In this document: positions 42,319-51,038 of the stretch, one piece after another
How positions within the stretch are numbered: the first letter of the stretch is position 1
Layout of the letters: the number at the start of each line of letters is the position of its first letter
NCBI GenBank assembly: GCA_965248755.1
Contig: OZ252149.1
Coordinates: 3,456,001 to 3,520,000, forward strand
DNA: 64,000 nucleotides
DNA from: Candidatus Latescibacterota bacterium
Lineage (GTDB): Bacteria > Latescibacterota > CBDEFO01
Reading direction: 5' to 3'
The notes under the pieces: model-generated
The model's input: only the letters and a program-made list of their open reading frames with translations
Told to the model about the DNA's origin: nothing
Database searches by the model: none
Position numbers and translations under genes: made by a program

Positions 42319-42659
42319 ATGAACGCTGTCGGGCTTTCAATACCGAGGCCGACGGGTGGATTTGAACTCTACACGTGGTTTTTTATGAGAGTTTCGGGAG
42401 TTCTACTCTTATTCTTGGCACTTTGATATTTAGCCGTAATGCACATTATCCATAACGTGGACGAGATCAATTACGATTTCGTGGCGGGTCGCTACACTCA
42501 AGACCTCTTCTGCACGGGTTGAACGGCTTGAGAACAGTGATTGACGATTATGTCCATGCGAAAGGCTGGAGAGTCTTAACGCTGACTCTTATCTACACTC
42601 TGGGTTTTATATTCCTGGTTATCGGTTCTTTAGTGATCGTCACTTTTCAACCAGTTTAA
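42319..42659 (+). pseudogene. sdhD: Succinate dehydrogenase membrane anchor with a stop and a frameshifting deletion
   Basis: FELYTWFFMRVSG..LAL*YLAVMH (TGA at 42424); after ~42500 another frame gives LLHGLNGLRTVIDDY. Confidence 0.8.
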
Positions 42660-42677
42660 GAAACAAAGGAGAACAAA

Positions 42678-43103
42678 ATGGACGAAGAGCGCAGCAGATC
42701 CGATAATAGCCTTGCCACACTGCTTTTGCGGCTTGCTCTTGGGGTCGTGTTCTTCTTCTTCGGTATAGGCAAATTCCCCGACTACAGCGGATACGCAGAG
42801 GGAATGCTCAAAAATTTCAGCCAGACGTGGCTTCCTTCTGTTCTGCTCTATCCCTTTGTCTATGCGCTTCCCTTCGTAGAGGCAATAGGCGGCGCGCTGC
42901 TCATAATCGGCTTATTTACCCGCAAGGCCCTCGTTGTAATAGGAGTTCTGAGCGTACTACTTGTGTTCGGAATGGTCGTTCAGGGAGATTCTTCGGTTGT
43001 CGCCCGCAATGCCATATATGTCCTGATAACGGCCTTTGCGCTTGTGACTTCTAAAGATGATCGGTATTCTGTAGATGCTCTGCGGTCTAAGGGAGAGAAA
43101 TAG
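42678..43103 (+). CDS. DoxX family membrane protein
   Basis: LLLRLALG..GIGK, E..GGALLIIGLFTR, YSVD. Confidence 0.85.
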   Translation: MDEERSRSDNSLATLLLRLALGVVFFFFGIGKFPDYSGYAEGMLKNFSQTWLPSVLLYPFVYALPFVEAIGGALLIIGLFTRKALVVIGVLSVLLVFGMVVQGDSSVVARNAIYVLITAFALVTSKDDRYSVDALRSKGEK

Positions 43104-43220
43104 TAGGAAGGCGACTCTTGCCGGCGTTGATCAGGATTCAGATGCTTCAGCGGTACGAGATAAGCCAGTGAGCGTAACATAGGTTATACATCGTTACTAC
43201 CTGCAACAGCATTCTTTGTC

Positions 43221-43709
43221 TTATTCCTCACAGATGTACGCAAGGACTTCGACAGCCTGTTCGAGGGTTTCAACGACTGCATGGGCGCGACCGTCCACTT
43301 CTTTCAGGGAGTGTCGGAAGCCGGGGCCGTGAACTACAATAACGGGCTTGCCGTGGCGGGCGGCTTCTGCTATATCGCTGGCGGTATTCCACTGACGCAA
43401 GCCTTTCTGCTCTTCGTCAAAGAAGGCGATCAGGACGTCGCATTTGGAGATCCAGATACCGGTGCGCAGATCGTTGATCCTCCCACCGAGGTCGTCCTGG
43501 ACCCTGGAAAAGAAATCGGAGGATCCGACATTGTCCTGGGTAATATCCTGGGTTTCCACACCTATGGCGTCGCTTCGGCCATGGTCCTCACAGGGGCCTT
43601 TGAATATGACCGGAAGGTTGCGCTCCTCGCACATTTGTCGTACACGCTCGCGCCAGCCGCCGTGGATGTGGCCAGCCAGGTAGATGAGCAGGGAATCAGA
43701 ACGAGCCAT
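43221..43709 (-). CDS. YtoQ family protein (nucleoside 2-deoxyribosyltransferase-like)
   Basis: IYLAGHIHGGWRE, GPCEDHGRSD, RQWNTASD, HSLKEVD. Confidence 0.8.
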   Translation of the reverse strand: MARSDSLLIYLAGHIHGGWRERVRQMCEERNLPVIFKGPCEDHGRSDAIGVETQDITQDNVGSSDFFSRVQDDLGGRINDLRTGIWISKCDVLIAFFDEEQKGLRQWNTASDIAEAARHGKPVIVVHGPGFRHSLKEVDGRAHAVVETLEQAVEVLAYICEE

Positions 43710-43791
43710 TTTTCATTCCTTTCTGAGTATAAGAATAGACAGCTTTTTTCACACGCTTCTTATTTGTAGTTCCTATAACTGCCTGCTTTAG

Positions 43792-43931
43792 CTACACGGA
43801 ATCTGGCCGTCCAGACTGCGCCGAGCGATAGGCAGCATCCAGAACCTCCGATTGTTCTCGTACCGACCTCGCCGGGCCCCCATTAGGTGTCATCCACGCC
43901 CAGGATTAGATCCACGAAGTTATTGGGCGGC
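43792..43931 (-). pseudogene. Degenerate 3' fragment of a Gfo/Idh/MocA oxidoreductase
   Basis: PPNNFVDLILG..GEVG..AYRSAQSGRPDSV* homologous to 46276-46415. Confidence 0.8.
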
Positions 43932-43936
43932 CTCCT

Positions 43937-44563
43937 TCAACTCAGATCGTACCTTCCCGTTGCCAGGAGGTATCCCAGCCAGGCGATCCCTAAGGTGTAC
44001 ACCAACGACACGAAGACACTAAGGTGCTGAATCACAGCAGGGAGCAACGGCCAAACCCCAACCAGCAAGGAACCCGCGACTACAAGGCAAACAGGCATTG
44101 CCGGGAACGTGTGAGCCTTTAGAAGAGCCAGTCCGAAGACGGCGTAGCCCACAGCGAAGAGAATCGGGCCTAAATAGAACACCATTCTCACAACCGGATC
44201 CGCTGGATCCGAGCCTGGGTTGAAGCCATACTCAGAAATGAACTCCGGGTGCTGCGCTATGACGAGCGGATAGATGAATCCTGACCAGTACAATTTGCCG
44301 AGGTAGAGGACTAGGCTTACACAGGCGACAAGGAAACCCCCGAAGCCAAAGGCACCCACGTTCTTGGCAGTTGCGCTGTACAGCCCAACCAGGCCCAGGA
44401 AGTTCATAAGGAAGCCAAGGACGATCAGGATGTGGCCAAAGAGCCACATGACGTGATTCGATCCAGATGAGTCATGCGGGTGGACCGAGAACCCAATCGT
44501 GACGAGGATCCCACTACCGGTCAGGGCTACGCCGGCTAGTTTGATTAGTCTCTCTGTCGTCAT
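43937..44563 (-). CDS. Membrane protein in an integron-type gene cassette
   Basis: About six hydrophobic helices; GGAGG RBS and ATG shortly after the GTTAGCC of attC. Confidence 0.75.
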   Translation of the reverse strand: MTTERLIKLAGVALTGSGILVTIGFSVHPHDSSGSNHVMWLFGHILIVLGFLMNFLGLVGLYSATAKNVGAFGFGGFLVACVSLVLYLGKLYWSGFIYPLVIAQHPEFISEYGFNPGSDPADPVVRMVFYLGPILFAVGYAVFGLALLKAHTFPAMPVCLVVAGSLLVGVWPLLPAVIQHLSVFVSLVYTLGIAWLGYLLATGRYDLS

Positions 44564-44582
44564 CCGCGCCTCCAGCAAGTCC

Positions 44583-44653
44583 GGCTAACGTATGGATCAC
44601 CTGCTTTGCGAAGCCGCAGGCGAAGCAACGTCAGGTGCAGCCAGTTGTTCGGT
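44583..44653 (-). other. attC recombination site
   Basis: Minus strand ACCGAAC-5nt-GCTGCACCTG...CAGGTGATC-5nt-GTTAGCC, 71 bp imperfect palindrome. Confidence 0.8.
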
Positions 44654-44847
44654 GACGGAATCGGGTCCTGCAGCGCCAAGCATAGGCAGCATCCAGAACC
44701 TCGATCGCTCACATGCCGACCTCTCCGGGCACCCAGAAAGTGTTGTCCACCCCTAAGATGAGATCCACAAAATTGTTGGGCGGACTGTCGCAACTGTAGT
44801 CCCCGGTTGCCGGGTCCAATTCCATCAGAAAGTCATCGCCGTCGAAC
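44654..44847 (-). pseudogene. Oxidoreductase 3' fragment lying between two attC sites
   Basis: FDGDDFLMELDPA..PPNNFVDLILG..GEVGM*AIEVLDAAY homologous to 46310-46477. Confidence 0.8.
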
Positions 44848-44912
44848 GGCGAAGCTTAGCGGTGACGACTCAGCGCAGCGAATGAATCGTCCGCTACAGA
44901 GACTTGTTCGCC
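44841..44912 (-). other. attC recombination site
   Basis: Minus strand GGCGAAC-5nt-TCTGTAGCGGACGATTCA...TGAGTCGTCACCGCTAAGC-GTTCGAC, 72 bp, 7 nt after the stop codon. Confidence 0.8.
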
Positions 44913-44919
44913 GCTTCTT

Positions 44920-46058
44920 CTATATCTTTACAAGGTACTTGGTTATGTAATCCCGTGGCAGCTGATTTTCTTTAGCGCCCTCCTCAACAATCCTGACGTA
45001 GTCTGGATTGGGAGGGTCAGTCGTGAAAGATTTGGAGATAAAGGTCTTTGCTATGATCGGGACCTCACCTGTCTCCGTCCACACTTCGATCACATTGTAA
45101 TACTTTTCATATACGTCACGTAGACGCGCGAAGTCGTAACAATCGATCTCATAGCAGACGCCCCAGGTACCTTCACGATCTGAGCATACAATGTTTGCCT
45201 TTGATGTACCGTCCTTTGACTTCTTATTGTAGCGAAAAGTGTAGCCGTGGAGCCATGCCTTGATCTTTTTGTGTACATACTGAACGCGACAGCGAAACTG
45301 TTTTGTTTTCAGATTACTGCCATACGCGAAATAGAAGCAGCGCTCGACTTGTGCAATGTCATCCATTTTTCGAATGAAATGCTCTTGCAGCGGTTTGCTG
45401 CGAAGTAAGTCCTCGCGATAGGCGCCGATGCAATCGAGGAGAGCCTTCTGAAAAGCATCCCGGTATATCACAAGACCATTTCCATTCCGGTCCATCACAC
45501 AAGTCGGGTCGCTTTCCTTTGCGGCCCTCACCTTTGATCCGTATTTCGTCGAGGCCTCGTGGAGGAGCCCGCTGCGGATATGATGGTAAAACCTTTTGGC
45601 ATCTCCCCGATCAAAAACCCCCGCGAAGGGAGCGCGCTTGGTTAGGAAAGACACGAACAAGCCGGCGCTTGATGTATACTCGTTAGGCTGCGTGTGACGT
45701 GCTAATTGTTCTGGCGTGATCATCAGTTTATTGGCAATTTCCTTCCGGTCAGCCTCGTCGAGGGGTAGACGGTAGACCTTCCCTTGATAAAGGGCTTCAA
45801 GGAACTCCAACAGCACACATTGGAGGGCAGAGGCGGAGTGCCCCTCACCGAGCCTTTTATTGATCGCGAGAATAGACTGGATTGGATTCAGGAAGCGGGT
45901 GTCATCCTTAGCCGGAAGAAATCGTAAGCTTCCTCCCATTTATTTATGTTCTTCGGGTCATCGATTAACGAAGCGCGAAGCGCTAGCCAATGATCAACGG
46001 TCTTATAACCCGCTATCCGCGTGTCAGTCGGAATTGATGATGGGTGAGACTGGGCCAT
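44920..46058 (-). pseudogene. HEPN-like domain fused to a gamma-glutamylcyclotransferase domain, 1-nt frameshift at ~45903
   Basis: ATG at 46058 (RBS AAAGGA) gives MAQ..RIAGYKTVDHWLALR..WEEAYDFFRLRM and continues as TRFLNPI in the shifted frame; RSGLLH; YFAYGSNL, GVCYEI. Confidence 0.65.
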
Positions 46059-46275
46059 CTCTTTCCTTTATGTGGCGAACTAGGGCTTATACAGTTTTCT
46101 ATGCTAAGCACCTATATACAGCTATTTGAGCTATATAAGACCCCAGTGAAATATTAAGAATAAACCTGTAATATTAAAAATATCATTCTGTTAAGTCACA
46201 ATTATCAGCGGTATTTCTACTCATAATTCACACACAATGCCTTTCTCTCTGAAGTTCTCATGAATATCAGCTATA

Positions 46276-47325
46276 CTACACTACCTCCGTCTTTCCTGAC
46301 TTCGCCGATCTGTAGGCAGCGTCCAGAACCTCGATCGCTCTCATACCGACCTCGCCGGGCGCCCAGCAGGAGTCATCATTTCCCAAGATAAGATCCACAA
46401 AATTGTTGGGCGGACCTTCGCAACTGTAGACTCCGGCGGCCGGGTCCAGTTCCATCAGAAAGTCATCTCCGTCGAACCTCTGAACATCCATCCGGGCGCG
46501 ATCCATGTCCACCATAAGCATCCCCTCTGTCCCATAGACGCGCACATCCACCTGGAATCTTGCCTGATCCGGAACAAAGGCCGTTCCGAAGATCGTGCCG
46601 ATAGCTCCGCCTTCGAACTCCGCGCTTATGGCAATATTGATCTCCACCTCTGCGCCGGGGCTGGTGGTCCGGGCATAGACGTTGCTCGGCTTCAGGTCAG
46701 TCAGAAGGAAAAGCATCCCGAGGGCGTGCGTCAGATTCGCCAGGCCGTAGCCTCCGCCTGCCACCTTTGGATCTGCCCATGTCTCCTTATCGGGTCTGAA
46801 GAACATCTCACCGTGGATGAACTCCTGGCCGCGAAGGAGACTAACGATAGGCGATGACTGCTGGCAATGGATCGCCTCGATCTTGCCGACCACTCCGGCG
46901 TCCATCCGCCGCTTGGCCTCCTGGATATAGGGTTTATAGTGCCAGCCGTGCGGGATCATAAGGGTCAGGTTCTTTTCCTTAGCCGTTGCTACAAGATCAC
47001 GAGCGTGATCGGCATTTGTAGTTAGAGGTTTTTCGCACATCACGTGACAGCCGGCCTCGAGCGCCGCCGTGGCATGCTCATAGTGCATGGTATGCGGCGA
47101 AGCGACTACGACGCCGTCCAGTTCGTTATCCGATAATAGCTTCTGATAGTCCTCAGTTATGTATTCGAACCCGAACGTATCCTGAAGTCGCTTCAATTCT
47201 GACATGCCGATCCGGCAGACCGCTGCGAGCTCCACATCGTCCCGCTTTTTTAAGACAGGAATGTGGTTAGAACTTGCCCACCATCCCGCGCCGATTACGC
47301 CGATTCGCACCTTGCCATTCTTCAT
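46276..47325 (-). CDS. Gfo/Idh/MocA family oxidoreductase
   Basis: IGVIGAGWW, ASPHTMH, HVMCEKP. Confidence 0.93.
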   Translation of the reverse strand: MKNGKVRIGVIGAGWWASSNHIPVLKKRDDVELAAVCRIGMSELKRLQDTFGFEYITEDYQKLLSDNELDGVVVASPHTMHYEHATAALEAGCHVMCEKPLTTNADHARDLVATAKEKNLTLMIPHGWHYKPYIQEAKRRMDAGVVGKIEAIHCQQSSPIVSLLRGQEFIHGEMFFRPDKETWADPKVAGGGYGLANLTHALGMLFLLTDLKPSNVYARTTSPGAEVEINIAISAEFEGGAIGTIFGTAFVPDQARFQVDVRVYGTEGMLMVDMDRARMDVQRFDGDDFLMELDPAAGVYSCEGPPNNFVDLILGNDDSCWAPGEVGMRAIEVLDAAYRSAKSGKTEVV

Positions 47326-47430
47326 CTTAAGCCTCCATCTTAACGCAGTAGACGATAGATTCCGCAGGCGCGTACAGGGGCGCGCTACGCTTGGTGAATC
47401 CCTGCCCTGACGTGTATATTCATCTCTCCA

Positions 47431-48786
47431 TCAGTCTTCAGGAGGCGGTGTACGACCTCCGCTAAACATAGTGGGCTTTTGGGTTCCTGTCGGCCAGTAG
47501 CCGTCGGGGTCCTCGTCCCACAGATTTCCACACACCCTGGAGATAACGCGCCATTCCGCAGCGCCCATGTCGACCGTCGAGTGGTGCACGAAACGCTTCA
47601 GCCCCGCCCGCTGGCAGGCCTGTAGAATACGGTAAAGGTCTGTCGCCGGCATCTGGTCGCCGGCGTGAGAAGCACGTCCGGTGTCCACCCAGCAGATAAC
47701 TTTATCGTCATCTCCAACAGCCTCCAACGCCCGCTTCGTTTCGCTGTAGACGGTTTCTGTGAAGAATTCCTCTGGAAATCCTACCTCGTCCATATCCGTC
47801 AGCGAGCCTATGCCCGGAAGTTCGATACCAAGCAAGGCCTTCACCACCGTAAAGCAGTCCTCTTCTGTCAGTGTAGAATTCCATTTGGCGAGCCTCTTCA
47901 CCCAGCGCGAGATTGTCCCGTACATCCCGTCGAAGCCCCGGTGCCAGAAATAGTGCTTCGGGAAGATATAGTCCAGGATAGGCCCCAGACGCTGATAGTT
48001 CTGTCCGGTGAGCGAAGAGAAGGCGGCTGAGCGTGGGATGCCGCCGATTTCGACCTTCCTGTCCAGTTTGTCAAACTCGGCGCGGACGGCAGCCATGGAC
48101 GCTATGGTCTTCTCCTCTCGTGCGCGCAGCCAGTAGAGGACGTCTTCGTTGATGTCGAACAGGGTGAGCGCGGACAGCATACCTCCCGGAGCGTGATAGC
48201 GTACGAGGTCCGGCGTCAGATTGTGAAAGCGCTTCCGCAGATGCGCTATACCGCGCTCCATACGGACGGTATCCAGGCCCATCTGTTCGAAGATCTCCTG
48301 TTCGTGCTCGCGTATCTCGAACACCTGGCCGCCGTGATGAAAGGCCAGCTCGTAATGGTTTTCTCCCGGACCGTCTATGATCTTGCCGTGCACCTGCGGA
48401 TAGGCCTTGACCAGGTCCAGCGCCGAGGCAGCGCCGCTGATGGCGCCAAAGGGATCCTGTTCCACAGGAAGACTGCTCCCCTGCGGCAGGGAGCCGCCAA
48501 AGACCATAATGTGCCAGCCGCGAGCGGCGGCATCGTCCAGCATCGCATGAAAACGTCGTTCCTTTTCCGGATCTGTCGGGGCCTCCGGCGGCGGGGGAAC
48601 GCCGAACGATTCATAGATGGCCGGATCGGCGCGGTACGTCGGAATTTGTGTACCGTCGTCCTGTTGGAAAAACATGCGCCCAATGATAATGCCCCTCATG
48701 CCCCCGTCGTGCCATGCATCGAAAGTGCGCTTATAATCGTCCAGCCAGTGTTCAAACGGGTTGTCTACGGATTTCCATACTTTCAT
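47431..48786 (-). CDS. Hypothetical 451-aa protein (possibly TIM-barrel), copy A
   Basis: Long ORF with RBS GAAAGGA; near-identical paralog at 49578. Confidence 0.85.
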   Translation of the reverse strand: MKVWKSVDNPFEHWLDDYKRTFDAWHDGGMRGIIIGRMFFQQDDGTQIPTYRADPAIYESFGVPPPPEAPTDPEKERRFHAMLDDAAARGWHIMVFGGSLPQGSSLPVEQDPFGAISGAASALDLVKAYPQVHGKIIDGPGENHYELAFHHGGQVFEIREHEQEIFEQMGLDTVRMERGIAHLRKRFHNLTPDLVRYHAPGGMLSALTLFDINEDVLYWLRAREEKTIASMAAVRAEFDKLDRKVEIGGIPRSAAFSSLTGQNYQRLGPILDYIFPKHYFWHRGFDGMYGTISRWVKRLAKWNSTLTEEDCFTVVKALLGIELPGIGSLTDMDEVGFPEEFFTETVYSETKRALEAVGDDDKVICWVDTGRASHAGDQMPATDLYRILQACQRAGLKRFVHHSTVDMGAAEWRVISRVCGNLWDEDPDGYWPTGTQKPTMFSGGRTPPPED

Positions 48787-48829
48787 ATGGCGGTCCTTTC
48801 TCAAATGTCAATTTGCCTCTGCTCGAAGC

Positions 48830-49443
48830 GGTGGAATTCGGGAACGGCCCCCACTCTACATCCATGCCGATCCTGCGCGAATTGTAGCCGAAACGCTCGT
48901 CGTCCGGAGCGGGCTGCTGCCAGACGCGATCGTTCCGCCAGATTTCAGCCTCTTTGTGCTCCCCGTCCGCACTGAACTCGAAGTAATCGTCTTCACCGCC
49001 GGCGTCCAGGAAGAAACCGAAGTTGGTACCGTAATTGCTTGCCGGAGTGTACTCGATCCCGAAGGAGGGTAGCACCTCCGGTACATGGTTGATCTACGAG
49101 GACGAGGCCTGGCCCCCGGTTTGGTTAACGATGAAATCACATCGTAGATCGTCGGGTGGCTGCCAATGGCCCTGAAATAGGGGTGGTGATGGTACATGTT
49201 CGACATTAGTCGAACACGATCGCGTCGCGGTAGTTCCGTGCGGTCTTTCATCTCCGGTTCCCAAAACGTATAGAAGTAATCGGGTAGCCAACCTTCGTAC
49301 GCCGTTACTGGTTTGAGTTCACCGTCGAGCAGACGATCAATCATCCGATCAAGTTCGAGCAGATCGCTTCCCGAGATCAGCCGCCGAATAATCAGATAAC
49401 CTTGGCGTTCGAACTGTTTTCGCTGTTGTGAATCGATTGCCAT
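48830..49443 (-). pseudogene. Fused debris: truncated phytanoyl-CoA dioxygenase-like N-terminus plus the 3' piece of another gene
   Basis: QFERQGYLIIRRLIS..HPTIYDVI stops before any HxD motif; second piece NFGFFLDAGGEDDY. Confidence 0.6.
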
Positions 49444-49577
49444 CTGCAAGCTTTCTCTGTCAGTTTGCCATCAGGATAGAGTGACACGCTAAAGGATGAA
49501 GCAGCTCGTTATCAGCAGGATATTATGGGGCGGTACCCGCCTTACTCCATTCGGCGACGTGTATATTCATCTCTCCA

Positions 49578-50933
49578 TCAGTCTTCAGGAGGTGGTGTGA
49601 GACCTCCGCTAAACATAGTGGGCTTTTGGGTGCCTGTCGGCCAGTAGCCGTCGGGGTCCTCGTCCCACAGATTTCCACACACCCTGGAGATAACGCGCCA
49701 TTCCGCAGCGCCCATGTTGACCGAGGAGTGGTGCATGAAACGCTTCAGCCCCGCCCGCTGGCAGGCCTGTAGAATACGGTAAAGGTCTGTCGGCGGCATC
49801 TGGTCGCCGGCGTGAGAAGCGCGTCCGGTGTCCACCCAGCAGATAACTTTATCGTCATCTCCAACAGCCTCCAGCGCCCGCTTCGTTTCGCTGTAGACGG
49901 TTTCTGTGAAGAATTCCTCTGGAAATCCTACCTCGTCCATATCCGTCAGCGAGCCTATGCCCGGAAGTTCGATACCAAGCAAGGCCTTCACCACCGTAAA
50001 GCAGTCCTCTTCTGTCAGTGTAGAATTCCATTTGGCGAGCCTCTTCACCCAGCGCGAGATTGTCCCGTACATCCCGTCGAAGCCCCGGTGCCAGAAATAG
50101 TGCTTCGGGAAGATATAGTCCAGGATAGGCCCCAGACGCTGATAGTTCTGTCCGGTGAGCGAAGAGAAGGCGGCTGAGCGTGGGATGCCGCCGATTTCGA
50201 CCTTCCTGTCCAGTTTGTCAAACTCGGCGCGGACGGCAGCCATGGACGCTATGGTCTTCTCCTCTCGTGCGCGCAGCCAGTAGAGGACGTCTTCGTTGAT
50301 GTCGAACAGGGTGAGCGCGGACAGCATACCTCCCGGAGCGTGATAGCGTACGAGGTCCGGCGTCAGATTGTGAAAGCGTTTCCGCAGATGCGCTATACCG
50401 CGCTCCATACGGACGGTATCCAGTCCCATCTGTTCGAACATCGCCTGTTCGTGTTCGCGTATCTCGAACACCTGGCCGCCGTGATGAAAGGCCAACTCGT
50501 AATGGTTTTCTCCCGGACCGTCTATGATCTTGCCGTGCACCTGCGGATAGGCCTTGACCAGGTCCAGGGCCGAGGCAGCGCCGCTGATGGCGCCAAAGGG
50601 ATCCCGTTCCACAGGAAGCCTACCTTCCTGCGGCAGGGAGCCGCCAAAGACCATAATGTGCCAGCCGCGAGCGGCGGCATCGTCCAGCATCGCATGAAAA
50701 CGTCGTTCCTTTTCCGGATCTGTCGGGGCCTCCGGAGGCGGGGGAACGCCGAACGATTTATAGATGGCCGGATCGGCGCGGTACATGGGAATGTGTGTAC
50801 CGTCGTCCTGTTGAAAAAACATACGGCCAATGACAATGCCCCTCATGCCCCCATCGTGCCAGGCATCGAAAGTGCGTTCATAATCGTCCAGCCATTGTTC
50901 AAGGGGGTTGTGAACGAATGTCCATACTTTCAT
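49578..50933 (-). CDS. Hypothetical 451-aa protein, copy B
   Basis: Same length and RBS as copy A; central region identical in translation. Confidence 0.85.
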   Translation of the reverse strand: MKVWTFVHNPLEQWLDDYERTFDAWHDGGMRGIVIGRMFFQQDDGTHIPMYRADPAIYKSFGVPPPPEAPTDPEKERRFHAMLDDAAARGWHIMVFGGSLPQEGRLPVERDPFGAISGAASALDLVKAYPQVHGKIIDGPGENHYELAFHHGGQVFEIREHEQAMFEQMGLDTVRMERGIAHLRKRFHNLTPDLVRYHAPGGMLSALTLFDINEDVLYWLRAREEKTIASMAAVRAEFDKLDRKVEIGGIPRSAAFSSLTGQNYQRLGPILDYIFPKHYFWHRGFDGMYGTISRWVKRLAKWNSTLTEEDCFTVVKALLGIELPGIGSLTDMDEVGFPEEFFTETVYSETKRALEAVGDDDKVICWVDTGRASHAGDQMPPTDLYRILQACQRAGLKRFMHHSSVNMGAAEWRVISRVCGNLWDEDPDGYWPTGTQKPTMFSGGLTPPPED

Positions 50934-51038
50934 ACGGCACTCCTTTCTCAAATGTTAAGAGTGAAAGAGCGGGGGAGGGGAGATTACCCGGCTCCACCGT
51001 CTAAGCGAAACCGCCTCCGCCGGCATCCTGCTGCCCGC

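Noticed and set aside
11810..42426. TGA recoding (Trp, Gly or Sec) suggested by three in-frame TGA codons
   Set aside because: The expected residues differ between sites, sdhD has other lesions, and rpmA and other genes end normally at TGA
47431..50951. Diversity-generating retroelement template/variable pair
   Set aside because: No reverse transcriptase, differences are not adenine-specific, and whole genes are duplicated
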